DNA from: Patescibacteria group bacterium
GTDB lineage: Bacteria > Patescibacteriota > CPR2 > UBA1875
Direction of reading: 5' to 3'
Length of the DNA stretch: 64,000 nt
NCBI GenBank assembly: GCA_028694925.1
Contig: JAQVJW010000002.1
Span: 9,797 to 73,796 of the forward strand
Below, piece after piece: positions 8,751-18,854 of the stretch (positions within the stretch are counted from its first letter, which is position 1; the number at the start of each line of letters is the position of its first letter). The notes beneath the pieces are model-generated. The model was given only the letters and a program-made list of their open reading frames with translations, searched no databases and was not told the origin of the DNA. The translations under genes were made by a program, and so were the position numbers.

Positions 8751-9524
8751 TTAATCGGTTATTTCGAATTTAAATTGAAATAATTGTTCGTTTTCCTGAG
8801 TGCCAACCAGGATATATCTTCCACTTTCTAGCGTGACCGGCTCACAATCAATGTTATAGCCTGCTCTTAGAACTTGGTCGCTTGTTCTTTTTAATATCTC
8901 TTTTGTCCCTAGGTTTTGTATGGTGACACCATAATTATAGAGTTGCTCTTTTGCGTCAGTAAGAAGACAAAACTTATCTCTCCTTCTGCTAAATGAGCTT
9001 GTCTCTTCTGGTGAATCCCTGTCGACATCGCCAGTAAGTGGAATTTTGGCAATTGCGACCCTTGTAAATAGGTCCTGTTTTTTATCATTTTCCTTTGTGA
9101 CATATTTTGTTTCTGAGGTATCTACTTGATATATTCCATAAATATCTGATAGTAGTACAGGATTTATTTTTAAATAATCTCTTTCGTTAGAGATTTTGTA
9201 AACATTATCTATGCCATTATTTATAATTTCGCGGATAATCCCTAACCTGATGGTTCCACCATCGTTATAGTTAACGACTACCCCACTTTTTATTTCTTCT
9301 GGTGCAAAGCACTTATCGAAGCTATAGGTTTTGCCTTGGGTCAAGAAGGGTGCCATTGAGTCGCCACTTACCTTAACATTAAAGTTACATAAATAATCAA
9401 TATTATCGAGGATTGGGAGTTTTAAGTTTGGCCTTTCTTTATAAAAATAAAGGGCGGCTGCCAATAATATGATAAAGATGATAACAGCGGTATAGATTCG
9501 GGAAGATTTTTTCTTGGTTTTCAT
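8751..9524 (-). CDS. Membrane-anchored S24/S26 peptidase-like domain protein
   Basis: N-terminal TM, then VSGDSMAPFL. The catalytic Lys is not evident. Confidence 0.55.
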   Translation of the reverse strand: MKTKKKSSRIYTAVIIFIILLAAALYFYKERPNLKLPILDNIDYLCNFNVKVSGDSMAPFLTQGKTYSFDKCFAPEEIKSGVVVNYNDGGTIRLGIIREIINNGIDNVYKISNERDYLKINPVLLSDIYGIYQVDTSETKYVTKENDKKQDLFTRVAIAKIPLTGDVDRDSPEETSSFSRRRDKFCLLTDAKEQLYNYGVTIQNLGTKEILKRTSDQVLRAGYNIDCEPVTLESGRYILVGTQENEQLFQFKFEITD

Positions 9525-9620
9525 TATATTTAGTTTAGGCTGTTTCGATAAATATATCAAAATTAATCATGATTTGAATCCTCGCTCTATTGTAATAATT
9601 CGTTGTGATATAATTTGATT

Positions 9621-10409
9621 ATGGTATTAAAGGACAATAAATTCTTAGTTACCGGCGCGGCTAGTGGTATCGGTAAGGCCCTAGTCCTGGCCCTCATTGA
9701 ACAAGGGGCCAGTGTGGTGGCCCTAGACTTAAATCAAGAGGCTCTTCTTGCGCTCGAAAAAGAAACAGATAAAAAGAAACTTAAGACCAAAGTTCTTGAT
9801 ATAACAGATAAGAAGGCAACGACTGAAATTGCAACCGAATATATGGATATCGATGGAATTATAAACAACGCTGGAATAATCCAACCCTTTTTAAGGGTCG
9901 GGGAGCTAGATTATAAAGCGATCGAGAGGGTAATGCAGGTTAACTTCTATGGTACTTTGTATCTTACCAAGGCTTTTTTACCCCACCTTCTTAAAAGGCC
10001 TGAGGGCTATATTATAAATGTGTCGAGTATGGGCGGTTTTCTTCCGGTGCCAGGGCAGGGGATCTATGGAGCTTCAAAGGCGGCTGTCAAACTTTTTACG
10101 GAGGCCTTGTATGCTGAGCTTCGAGATACTAATGTTCATGTTTCGATCGTCTTTCCGGGAGCCACAAACACGAACATTACTAAAAATTCGAACGTTACCG
10201 CACCCAAAGATACTACGGCGACTAATTATAGCCTAACTTCACCAGAAGAGGCAGCCAGAAAAATCATCCGAGGTATTTTGAAGAATAAATCAAGGATATT
10301 CACTGGTAAAGATTCGCGATCGATGGACTTCCTTTATAGGATATCACCTACTTTTGCCACAAATCTTATTGCGCGAAAGATGAAATCCTTGCTCGGAGGG
10401 ATAGAATGA
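9621..10409 (+). CDS. SDR family oxidoreductase
   Basis: TGAASGIG, NNAG and YGASK. Confidence 0.93.
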   Translation: MVLKDNKFLVTGAASGIGKALVLALIEQGASVVALDLNQEALLALEKETDKKKLKTKVLDITDKKATTEIATEYMDIDGIINNAGIIQPFLRVGELDYKAIERVMQVNFYGTLYLTKAFLPHLLKRPEGYIINVSSMGGFLPVPGQGIYGASKAAVKLFTEALYAELRDTNVHVSIVFPGATNTNITKNSNVTAPKDTTATNYSLTSPEEAARKIIRGILKNKSRIFTGKDSRSMDFLYRISPTFATNLIARKMKSLLGGIE

Positions 10410-10633
10410 AAGAACAAACAAAGAAATCTCAAATAACCGCTATAGCTTTTGATATTCTTGAGTCACATCCCGAAGGTGTGCATTGGGTGGATCTAAATAA
10501 GATGATTTTAGGGGCAGATTCTAAGTTACACCCCAAAACAGTTAATGGGGTTGTTTGGAAGCTCTCCCAAGAGTACCCTAATAAGGTTTATAAGCCTGAA
10601 AAAGGGGTTTTTCGCTTATTAAAATTCAGGTAA
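10406..10633 (+). CDS. Small winged-helix-like hypothetical protein
   Basis: 75 aa with ATGA overlap. Helix-helix-wing pattern ending KPEKGVFRL. Confidence 0.6.
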   Translation: MKEQTKKSQITAIAFDILESHPEGVHWVDLNKMILGADSKLHPKTVNGVVWKLSQEYPNKVYKPEKGVFRLLKFR

Positions 10634-10652
10634 CATAAGGACTGGAGATAAG

Positions 10653-11225
10653 ATGCCAAAGAATGCCGAAATAACCAAAAAAGCTCGCGAATCACTTTCA
10701 GGTAGATGGTGGTTTGCGGTTGGAGTACTGCTACTTTATTACCTTATAACAGGAGGAATCGCCAATATTCCGATGGCAACCCTTATTGTTGGTGGCCCCT
10801 TTGTCTTAGGCCTTACAACTTTCTCTCTTTCCTTTGTTCGGAAGGAGAAGAAGAATGAACTTGCACAATTATTCGAAGGTTTTAAGAATTTTGAGAATTC
10901 CTTAGTAGCTTATCTTTTGGTTCTTGTCTTTACTCTTCTTTGGATGCTTCTTTTTATAATCCCAGGTATTATCGCTAGTATCTCCTATTCCCAGACTTTT
11001 TATATCCTAGCCGATGAGAAGCTAACCGGTAAAGAGGCGATTGAAAAGAGCAAAAAGATGATGATGGGCTATAAGTGGAAGTACTTTTGTCTTAATTTAA
11101 GATTTTTTGGTTGGACCTTACTCTCACTTCTTTCGCTTGGGATTGGATTTATTTTCCTTATCCCCTATATTCAAATGAGCCAGGCTATTTTTTACGAAGA
11201 ACTAAAAGCGAACTATAAAGCATAA
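10653..11225 (+). CDS. DUF975 family membrane protein
   Basis: ARESLSGRW, LFIIPGII..SYSQ..YIL and SKKMM.GYKW..F.L. Confidence 0.88.
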   Translation: MPKNAEITKKARESLSGRWWFAVGVLLLYYLITGGIANIPMATLIVGGPFVLGLTTFSLSFVRKEKKNELAQLFEGFKNFENSLVAYLLVLVFTLLWMLLFIIPGIIASISYSQTFYILADEKLTGKEAIEKSKKMMMGYKWKYFCLNLRFFGWTLLSLLSLGIGFIFLIPYIQMSQAIFYEELKANYKA

Positions 11226-11275
11226 TTGTATATTATGCCAATGATTATTCATTAGTACTTTTATAATATCTAAGT

Positions 11276-11698
11276 ATGAGGAATTGGGTTAGGAAATATT
11301 ATTTAATATTTAAGTGGCACAGGACAAAAAAGCGCCATCCGGTATTTGATCCTAAATACGCCCAAGAGAACCTACTTTCTCTTTTTGGCTTTTTATTTAT
11401 GACCCTTCTCTATCTTGTCTCAACCATTCTCTTTTTACATCTCTTGGTACTAGGTGGGGTAGTAGAGACTGAAACTATCCTTTGGCTTATGATTGAATCG
11501 GGAACTAGAATAATCCTAGTAGGATTCCCCGAACAAATGATAGCGGGCACCCTCTTTTCTGGACTCTCCTTTACTTCAAGCTTAATCCTTATCTTCTTTG
11601 CTCGTCTTATAATTGGACTATATCAAGCGAAGCTCCATCCGGAGTCAGAAAAAGAGATTGCCAATTTTATTACCTCAAAGAGACAGATTAAGATATAA
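11276..11698 (+). CDS. Hypothetical membrane protein
   Basis: 140-aa ORF with hydrophobic segments. TATAAT lies 8 nt upstream. Confidence 0.6.
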   Translation: MRNWVRKYYLIFKWHRTKKRHPVFDPKYAQENLLSLFGFLFMTLLYLVSTILFLHLLVLGGVVETETILWLMIESGTRIILVGFPEQMIAGTLFSGLSFTSSLILIFFARLIIGLYQAKLHPESEKEIANFITSKRQIKI

Positions 11699-11714
11699 TA
11701 GAAATCAGGAAAAT

Positions 11715-12062
11715 ATGAAATTACTTGCAAGTCTTATTTTAAAAACAGCGGCTGTCCTACTTACGGCCTGGCTTCTTCCGGGGGTAGAGCTTGACGGGTT
11801 AATACCGGCTATTTGGCTTGTTATTGTCCTTGTCCCGATCGACTATATCGTAAGACCAGTCTTACATATCTTGTCACTCCCGATTAGTATCATAACCTTT
11901 GGTATCTTTGCCCTTTTCATAAATGGAGCCATGATTCTGTTGGCCTCGGTATTTGTACCTAATTTCTCAGTTGATGGTTTGCTTCCGGCGATTCTCTTTA
12001 GCCTTATCCTTGGTTTTGTAACGACAATCCTACAAAGGATATTCTTACCCGAAAAAGAATAA
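11715..12062 (+). CDS. YvlD/DUF360 (4-TM phage-holin superfamily IV) membrane protein
   Basis: VRPVL.ILSLPI.IITFGIF..FING.M pattern. Confidence 0.85.
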   Translation: MKLLASLILKTAAVLLTAWLLPGVELDGLIPAIWLVIVLVPIDYIVRPVLHILSLPISIITFGIFALFINGAMILLASVFVPNFSVDGLLPAILFSLILGFVTTILQRIFLPEKE

Positions 12063-12069
12063 TAACTTT

Positions 12070-12348
12070 CTACATTCCAAGGAACTTCATCAGCTCATAA
12101 ACCAAAAATCCTGGCCAAACGATTGCTTTTAGAATTCCAACTACTACTTCAGTAAAACCATCGGCGGACCCAAGGAAATAGACTAGGGCTCCAATTAGTC
12201 CAAGACCATAGACGGCCCCGGCCCCTGCCTTAGCGCCTTTATCGGCCTTGCAGGATTTGCTCCACTCGCTTATCTTTTGCTCGATTTTCTTTTCGGTCGC
12301 CTCGTCCCATTCAGCGGTAATTTTTGCTTTTTTGGTTTTTTCGGCCAT
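12070..12348 (-). CDS. Hypothetical membrane protein
   Basis: GAVYGLGLIGALVYF...GILKAIVWPG.LVY. SD GGAGG. Confidence 0.75.
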   Translation of the reverse strand: MAEKTKKAKITAEWDEATEKKIEQKISEWSKSCKADKGAKAGAGAVYGLGLIGALVYFLGSADGFTEVVVGILKAIVWPGFLVYELMKFLGM

Positions 12349-12431
12349 CTTTACCTCCCAATTATTTAACTAATCTCATGATAGCATCTCTTGATATGGC
12401 TTAAAACCTATATATTCTGTATTATTACTAT

Positions 12432-13178
12432 ATGAGCTTTCTTTTAAGTGCAGTTATCGCCACCTTAATCATTAGTATCCTTTCACTTGTTGGAATATTT
12501 ACTTTTGTTTTAGGAGAGAAGAAATTAAATAAGATTGCTTTGTATCTAGTAGCCTTTTCTACTGGGGCTTTAATCGGTGGTGCTTTCTTGCATCTATTGC
12601 CCGAAGCGGCCGAAAATTCTGAGGGTCTTTCGATTTACCTATATCAAATTCTTGGTATTACCCTCTTTTTTATCCTGGAGCGGTTTCTTAAATGGCATCA
12701 TTGCCACGAAGAAGGGGAATGTGAGGTCCACACCTTTACCTACATGAGTATTGTTGGAGACTCTTTCCATAACTTTATTGATGGCCTGGTGATTGTCTCT
12801 GCCTTTGCGGTCGCTCCTGAACTTGGGATTGCAACTACAATTGCAGTGGCCGCCCATGAGATACCCCAAGAGCTTGGGGACTTCGGAGTCCTAATTCATG
12901 GTGGTTACTCGCGGGCTAAGGCCCTTCTATGGAACTTTGCTTCAGCCTTAACGGCTGTAGCCGGTACCATAGTGGGCTATTTTCTTTTAAATCTGAACGA
13001 AACACTTTCCTTATTCTTGCTTCCTTTCGCGGCTGGTGGTTTTATCTATATCGCGATGAGCGATTTAGTCCCCGAGCTTCATAAAGAGCCTAGAATTTCT
13101 AAGTCGGTTCTTAACTTTCTTCTCTTTCTTTTGGGGATACTTGTAATGTATGGTCTTAAAATATATTTTGAAGGGTAA
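12432..13178 (+). CDS. ZIP family metal transporter
   Basis: HLLPEA, HHCH loop, HNFIDG and HEIPQELGDF. Confidence 0.93.
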   Translation: MSFLLSAVIATLIISILSLVGIFTFVLGEKKLNKIALYLVAFSTGALIGGAFLHLLPEAAENSEGLSIYLYQILGITLFFILERFLKWHHCHEEGECEVHTFTYMSIVGDSFHNFIDGLVIVSAFAVAPELGIATTIAVAAHEIPQELGDFGVLIHGGYSRAKALLWNFASALTAVAGTIVGYFLLNLNETLSLFLLPFAAGGFIYIAMSDLVPELHKEPRISKSVLNFLLFLLGILVMYGLKIYFEG

Positions 13179-13206
13179 AAAAGAGCCGCGGTAGCGACTC
13201 CTTTTT
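13177..13206. terminator. Bidirectional intrinsic terminator
   Basis: AAAAAGAGCCGC-GGTA-GCGACTCCTTTT between convergent genes. Confidence 0.6.
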
Positions 13207-13224
13207 ATCTTTTTGTTTTATCCT

Positions 13225-13704
13225 CTAATTACTTTGGCAAGTACTTGCCCCATTGCCATTTCCACCATTTCTTTGTCCGAACCCTTCACGAACGGGGAGA
13301 ATGCTTGTATCAATTCCTTCATCTTCTAGGTATGCTCGTAGGCCATCCGTTCGTCCTTTTACCTTTCCTCTGTTTTGATACATTGGTTCTCGAGTAGCTT
13401 TTATCTCCTCGTGCCTTTCGAGGATAGCATCGTATTGCTCCTTTGTGATCTTTCCGTCTGCTAGAGCGGTATCTAGGCTAGTCGTAAGGGCCGTCTCTCT
13501 TTCGGCCTGGTGTTCTGCCCGCACTTCAGCAAGATAGGTCCCAACCTCATCTTGATTTAGATTAAATTTTTCCGTAAGGTCGCTCACTATTGGAGGAAGG
13601 GTCTCCGATGTTGTATCGGCAGCATTCGCGTAGCTTACAGCCGTTGCGCCAAGTCCTAAGGCAAGCCCAAGGGCTACGAGTGATATTTTTTGTGTCTTTG
13701 TCAT
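13225..13704 (-). CDS. Secreted helical hypothetical protein (ECF target candidate)
   Basis: Signal peptide ending ANA, motif ALADGKITKEQYD and a Gly-rich tail. SD GAGG. Confidence 0.75.
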   Translation of the reverse strand: MTKTQKISLVALGLALGLGATAVSYANAADTTSETLPPIVSDLTEKFNLNQDEVGTYLAEVRAEHQAERETALTTSLDTALADGKITKEQYDAILERHEEIKATREPMYQNRGKVKGRTDGLRAYLEDEGIDTSILPVREGFGQRNGGNGNGASTCQSN

Positions 13705-13747
13705 CTTATTCCTCTTTGGATTATTTTTTACTTTCGCCGGCAGTAAT

Positions 13748-13775
13748 AATACGCATGGGAAGAAAAAATATTTCA
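13748..13775 (-). promoter_or_regulatory. ECF sigma-type promoter
   Basis: Minus strand TGAAAT-16 nt-CGTATT, resembling the SigW/SigM consensus TGAAAC-N16-CGTA. Confidence 0.6.
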
Positions 13776-14291
13776 AATATCATCGATGTCGTTTTCATAG
13801 ATCGGGTGCATAAGTCTTTTGCCTTGTCCGTTTCGGGGGCCTCTTGGGACGAAATTTTCGTCATTCCACTGATAGAATTGTCTGAAACCTGGTCTTTTTT
13901 CAAACTGCTCGTTAAGGTTTAGCCTTGAAAGCCCCATTCCAAGGAGAAGAACGAAGAAGAAAACAATGAGGGCCGTAATTCCGATATGTTTCTTGTAACC
14001 ACCTTCGTAATTGCGATAAAGATAGAGAAGAACTGCGACTACTATAGAGCCAATAATAAGGAGAGGCCAAGGGAAGAGCGAGAGGTAGCTTAGGTTCCCG
14101 TTCTCGGCCATCCTAAGAGCTCGTTCTGGGAGGTAGAACATAAGGTTAAAGATGTAGATAGCAAGGATAAGAATCACAAAAGATGCACTATAGATGGCTG
14201 CTCTTAGGAAAGCAAAGTATGACTTTGGTTTTGGTTTAATGTCATTCTTTCTTATTCTATTTAAGGTTTCCTTTTTTATATCTTTTTTCAT
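13773..14291 (-). CDS. Membrane protein, probable anti-sigma factor
   Basis: Three TM segments. ATGA overlap with the ECF sigma gene. Confidence 0.6.
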   Translation of the reverse strand: MKKDIKKETLNRIRKNDIKPKPKSYFAFLRAAIYSASFVILILAIYIFNLMFYLPERALRMAENGNLSYLSLFPWPLLIIGSIVVAVLLYLYRNYEGGYKKHIGITALIVFFFVLLLGMGLSRLNLNEQFEKRPGFRQFYQWNDENFVPRGPRNGQGKRLMHPIYENDIDDI

Positions 14292-14851
14292 AAGTAGTCC
14301 TCTGGATTAATATTTATATTACTCTTTAATTTCGCAAGCCCCCTTCTGATTCTGACCCCGACGGTACTTATGGGTATTTTTAGGATGTCACTGATCTCTT
14401 CATAGCTCTTCTCTTCAAAAAAACGCAAGATGACGATTTCTTTGTATTTAAGTGGCAGGGTTTCAATCTCTTTCTCGAGTACCTTTTTGACCTCTTTCTT
14501 TCCGAGTTCTGCTTCGATTTTCTCTCTCCCTTCTGAACTTGCAATTTCCGGGGCATCATCGATACTAACTTTATTTTTTCCTTTTCTGATTTCATTTATC
14601 GCCTTGTTGTGGGCAATCCGGTAGATCCAAGAAGAAAATTTCCTTTTTGGATCAAAACCGTTAATATTCTCATAAGCGGCAATAAAGGTCTCCTGTAAGA
14701 CATCTTCAGAAAGATCTTCATCTTTTAGGATGCGAGTAATATACCCTAGTAATTTTTTCTCGTATCTATCAATAACTTCGGAGAAGCCATCTCCAAAGTT
14801 GTTTTGGATATATAATATGAGCTCCTCATCAGAGTATTTGTGGTAATCCAT
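14288..14851 (-). CDS. ECF (sigma-70 group 4) RNA polymerase sigma factor
   Basis: EDVLQETFI.AY, FSSWIYRIAHN and SYEEISDIL.IP.STV. Confidence 0.95.
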   Translation of the reverse strand: MDYHKYSDEELILYIQNNFGDGFSEVIDRYEKKLLGYITRILKDEDLSEDVLQETFIAAYENINGFDPKRKFSSWIYRIAHNKAINEIRKGKNKVSIDDAPEIASSEGREKIEAELGKKEVKKVLEKEIETLPLKYKEIVILRFFEEKSYEEISDILKIPISTVGVRIRRGLAKLKSNININPEDYL

Positions 14852-14979
14852 GCATCTATAATACAACAACCAAGGAAATAAATTTCATTTTGGGATGATT
14901 TCAGAGAACCTGAAATCTTTAGCTCTTATCGATTATTTGATATACTGGTTTGGCATCGATATTAACTTTGGGAGGAATT

Positions 14980-16278
14980 GTGGAACTTTCAGATAAGATA
15001 AATAAGAAAACGCTCGTGGCTGGTGTGGTGGGGATGGGCTATGTCGGCCTTCCTCTGATGGTAGAAATCGCCAAGAACGATATTAAGGTGATTGGTTTTA
15101 ATCGGGGACAAGAGAAGGTAGATAAGATAAATAAGGGTGAGAATTATATTCAGGATGTTAACGATAAAGAACTCGCGGAACTCGTCTCAAAGAAGCTCCT
15201 TTCGGCTACGACCGATTTTAAGAGAGTGCCGGAGGCTGATGTCATCTGTATCGCAGTCCCAACCCCGATTAACGGTAAGAAGGAGCCAGAACTTGATCTT
15301 GTTATCGATGCGACAGAAAAAATTGGGAAAAACCTAAGAAAAGGTCAGCTCGTAATCCTTAAGAGTACGACTTATCCCGGTACGACTGAAGAAGTAGTCC
15401 TCCCGATCCTCGAGAAGGAGAGCGGTCTTCGGGCGGGGTCTGACTTCTATCTGGCTTTTGCTCCCGAGCGGATTGACCCCGGAAATGAAAAATATGGGAC
15501 CGGAAATACTCCAAAAGTGGTTGGCGGAGTAGATAAAAAATCAGGTAGATTAGCGGCTGACTTCTTCCGCCTTTTTATAACCGAAGTCTTTGAGACCAAA
15601 GGGGCTAAAGAGGCTGAAATGACAAAAATTCTTGAAAATACCTTTCGGCTTATAAACATCTCCTTTATAAACGAAATGGCCATTATCGCCAAAAAGCTTG
15701 ATATCGATATCTGGGAAGTAATCGAGGCCGCAAAGACAAAGCCATTTGGGTTTATGCCCTTTTACCCGGGTCCTGGGCTTGGAGGGCACTGCATTCCAGT
15801 AGACCCATACTATCTTTCCTATAAGGCGAAAAAATTGGGCCTTGCGACTGATTTTATTGATACCTCGTCAAAGATAGATGACTATATGCACGAGTATGTT
15901 GTTCGCCTTACGGAGGATGCACTCAAGGAAGCCGGAAAAAACTTAAAAGGTTCTAGGCTCCTTGTAATCGGAGTGGCCTACAAAAAGGACATTAACGATC
16001 TCCGCGAATCTCCGGCTCTTAAGGTAATGGAGCTCCTTACAAACTCGGGTGCTCATATCGACTATTATGACCCACATGTACCGAATTTTAGTGTAGGGGA
16101 GTCTAAAAAAGTAAGTCTTAAAACGCTTACCAAAGACAAAATCGCCTCTTATGATGCCGTTTTAATCCTGACCGATCACTCTCAAGTAAATTACGACTTG
16201 ATCGCAGGGGCTGCTAAAGTAATTATTGATACCAGACATGCCATCAGCAAAGATGGTGAAAATATCTATCGGATATAG
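14980..16278 (+). CDS. Nucleotide-sugar dehydrogenase (UDP-GlcNAc/ManNAc 6-dehydrogenase family)
   Basis: GMGYVG, STTYPGTT, PERIDPG, GGHCIPVDP and D.RESP. GTG start after GGAGG. Confidence 0.93.
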   Translation: MELSDKINKKTLVAGVVGMGYVGLPLMVEIAKNDIKVIGFNRGQEKVDKINKGENYIQDVNDKELAELVSKKLLSATTDFKRVPEADVICIAVPTPINGKKEPELDLVIDATEKIGKNLRKGQLVILKSTTYPGTTEEVVLPILEKESGLRAGSDFYLAFAPERIDPGNEKYGTGNTPKVVGGVDKKSGRLAADFFRLFITEVFETKGAKEAEMTKILENTFRLINISFINEMAIIAKKLDIDIWEVIEAAKTKPFGFMPFYPGPGLGGHCIPVDPYYLSYKAKKLGLATDFIDTSSKIDDYMHEYVVRLTEDALKEAGKNLKGSRLLVIGVAYKKDINDLRESPALKVMELLTNSGAHIDYYDPHVPNFSVGESKKVSLKTLTKDKIASYDAVLILTDHSQVNYDLIAGAAKVIIDTRHAISKDGENIYRI

Positions 16279-16330
16279 TCACATGGCCTTTATTAATTCG
16301 TGATTTTGTAGTAGAATTACTTTCGCAATA

Positions 16331-16747
16331 ATGAAGTTTAAAAAAATTGAATTAAATATTAAGGCCAGGGTTAATCCAATCCGCACGCGGGCCATCTCCC
16401 ATATTAAAAGTAACTATTTTCGGGATACGGCAACTCAACTTCTTTTGATTCCTTCAATATCATTTATGGTTGTGGCCCTTGTGATGGCGATTTACTTCTT
16501 TCGAATCTCCGAGTATTTAGTGCCCCTTAGGTACAATACATTTCTTGGAGTAATTAGCCTTGGGCATTGGTATGAACTCTATCAATTACCGATATTTTTA
16601 ACTATTTGTTTTATCGTAAATATCCTCTTGGCTAAGGTTATCTATGAGAGGGATAAATTCCTTGCCTACATTATAACGGCATCGAATATCTTTTTGACTC
16701 TAGTTACCCTTGTGACAATTATCAATTTTGGCAGGATAATTAGTTAG
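16331..16747 (+). CDS. Hypothetical membrane protein
   Basis: Three TM segments with a VPLRYN..G motif. Abuts the GT2 gene. Confidence 0.7.
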   Translation: MKFKKIELNIKARVNPIRTRAISHIKSNYFRDTATQLLLIPSISFMVVALVMAIYFFRISEYLVPLRYNTFLGVISLGHWYELYQLPIFLTICFIVNILLAKVIYERDKFLAYIITASNIFLTLVTLVTIINFGRIIS

Positions 16748-18394
16748 ATGGCCGAAATCACAGAGAATCACAAATTTACGCGAGCACTTGAGATATTTCC
16801 TGGCGCTCTGGCTTGGACAATTATTCTCTTCCCACTTCTTGCGAGTCCCTTTTTCCCAATGGCCGTTGCCATTTTTATTATAATCTTTAATATTTACTGG
16901 GTCGCGAAGGCCTTAAATATGATTAGACACCTCCTTTCCGGCTATTTTAGGATGAAGCGGAACATGAGTATTGACTGGCTCAAACGTACTCAAAAAGTCA
17001 GTAAAAGCTACAAGAGCCTTATAACAGAATTAAAGAAAGAGTTTGCGAGGCGTCCCAGCCTCTATTTAAGGGAAGATATTGCTGAGCTTGAAAATCTTCT
17101 TGAGCTTAAGAATCCGGTAAAAAAATATGAGGATATTTACCATCTTGTTATTGTTACAAACTACAAAGAAAGTTACGAAATTACCTATCCGACTTATGAT
17201 GCAATTAGAAGGTCAAACTATTCCAATAAGAAGATTATTGTTCTTGGAACCGGTGAAGCCTCACGTGACAAAAAAGGTTGGGACGGGGTCAAAAAGAAAC
17301 TCAAAAAAGAGTTTGGAGATTCTTTTGCCGGCCTTTTCTTTAATGACCATTATGATAAGCCGGGAGATGTTATTGGCAAAGGTCCAAATCTTTCCTCAGC
17401 TGGATATGAGGCGCTTAAGTATCTTAAGAAGGAATGGCCAAATCTTGCTCCAGAGAATGTGATGGTGACTACGCTTGATGCCGACCATATCGTCGAGACA
17501 AACTACTTTGCAAGGTTAACCTATAAGTACATTATCGACCCAAACAGACTAGAAAAGACCTATCAACCGGTTGGCCTCCTCTTTAATAACATCTGGGACG
17601 CTCCCGCCCCAAATAGGATTGCGGCTATTGCCTCTTCCTTTTGGCAAATCATTGAAGGGATGCGCCCCTATCGGTTACGTACTTTTGCGTCACATGCTCA
17701 ACCTCTCGCGACCCTAATTAAGACGGACTTTTGGAGTACAAAGACAATTGTTGAAGATGGGCACCAGTATTGGCGTACCTATTTTGCTTTTGGCGGGGAT
17801 CATGATATGGTCCCACTCCTTATTCCGGTCTATCAAGACTGTGTTCTCGCCGAAAAATTCGTCGATACCTTCAAAAATCAATACAACCAACGGAAGCGTT
17901 GGGCTTGGGGAATTTCAGACTTTCCCTATGTTGTGAAGATGTCCATTCGTCACAAAGAGATACCGTTGCATGAACGGCTCCTTCAGATTTTTAGGCTCCT
18001 TTCGGGGCATATCTCTTGGTCTACCGCCTCGCTTTTTTTGGCTTTTGCCTGGCTACCTCTGACAATCAACCGCTCTTTTCAGGATACGGTCATGGTTCAT
18101 AATATGATGACCTATGGCTCGCTTCTTATGCGCGTAGCCTGGCTTGGGATTGTTGCTAATGCTTGGGTCTATCTTTCTCTTTTGCCACAACGCCCCGAGA
18201 GGTATGGGCCACATCGCTATATTAATATGATTGCTCAATGGGTATTTATTGCCCCCGTCTCCATTTTTATATCCTCCATCCCGGCTCTTGAGGCCCAGAC
18301 TCGATTAATGCTTGGTAAATACATGAACGTTTTTTGGCTCACCCCTAAATATCGTCGTGAGAGCCCTCTTTTTGGGGCTCATAAGAAGAAATAA
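16748..18394 (+). CDS. Processive-type glycosyltransferase family 2
   Basis: DAD, ED and QRKRWAWG (QxxRW), with flanking TM helices. Confidence 0.9.
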   Translation: MAEITENHKFTRALEIFPGALAWTIILFPLLASPFFPMAVAIFIIIFNIYWVAKALNMIRHLLSGYFRMKRNMSIDWLKRTQKVSKSYKSLITELKKEFARRPSLYLREDIAELENLLELKNPVKKYEDIYHLVIVTNYKESYEITYPTYDAIRRSNYSNKKIIVLGTGEASRDKKGWDGVKKKLKKEFGDSFAGLFFNDHYDKPGDVIGKGPNLSSAGYEALKYLKKEWPNLAPENVMVTTLDADHIVETNYFARLTYKYIIDPNRLEKTYQPVGLLFNNIWDAPAPNRIAAIASSFWQIIEGMRPYRLRTFASHAQPLATLIKTDFWSTKTIVEDGHQYWRTYFAFGGDHDMVPLLIPVYQDCVLAEKFVDTFKNQYNQRKRWAWGISDFPYVVKMSIRHKEIPLHERLLQIFRLLSGHISWSTASLFLAFAWLPLTINRSFQDTVMVHNMMTYGSLLMRVAWLGIVANAWVYLSLLPQRPERYGPHRYINMIAQWVFIAPVSIFISSIPALEAQTRLMLGKYMNVFWLTPKYRRESPLFGAHKKK

Positions 18395-18449
18395 CTTCTT
18401 TTGCTTGACGGCATAATTATTCGGGGCTACTATCTAACTAGGAGTAACT

Positions 18450-18785
18450 TTGGATCGTAAGAAATTTTTTGATTTACTAAAGAATTTACAAACCATTATG
18501 CGTTGTCCTTCTTGTGGGGCGCTTTATGATGTCGAAGAGATTCAATATGTTGGTAACCAGGATGGCTATTTCCTACTTTCAATGACTTGTAGTAAATGCT
18601 CTCTTCCGGTTTGGGTCAACTTCTTTGCTGGAAGCGAGCGAGAACCCGTTATTGCAAACGATCTAACAATTACTGATTCTCATTTTTTAGAACGAGAACC
18701 TATTTCATCTGATGAGGTTCTCGATTTTCACACCTCACTTAAAAGTTTTAGTGGAGACTTTAAAAAGGCTTTCAAGGTAAAATAG
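18450..18785 (+). CDS. Zinc-ribbon hypothetical protein
   Basis: CPSC...CSKC. TTG start after AGGAG. Confidence 0.7.
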   Translation: MDRKKFFDLLKNLQTIMRCPSCGALYDVEEIQYVGNQDGYFLLSMTCSKCSLPVWVNFFAGSEREPVIANDLTITDSHFLEREPISSDEVLDFHTSLKSFSGDFKKAFKVK

Positions 18786-18854
18786 CTCACCTACTATCAA
18801 AGATTATCCTTTACCTTAGGGGCTTTTTTTGATATACTTTTCTTCGTAACTTCA

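Noticed and set aside
11715-12062. Holin as evidence of a prophage
   Set aside because: The YvlD/DUF360 family is a common chromosomal membrane protein, and no phage genes are nearby.
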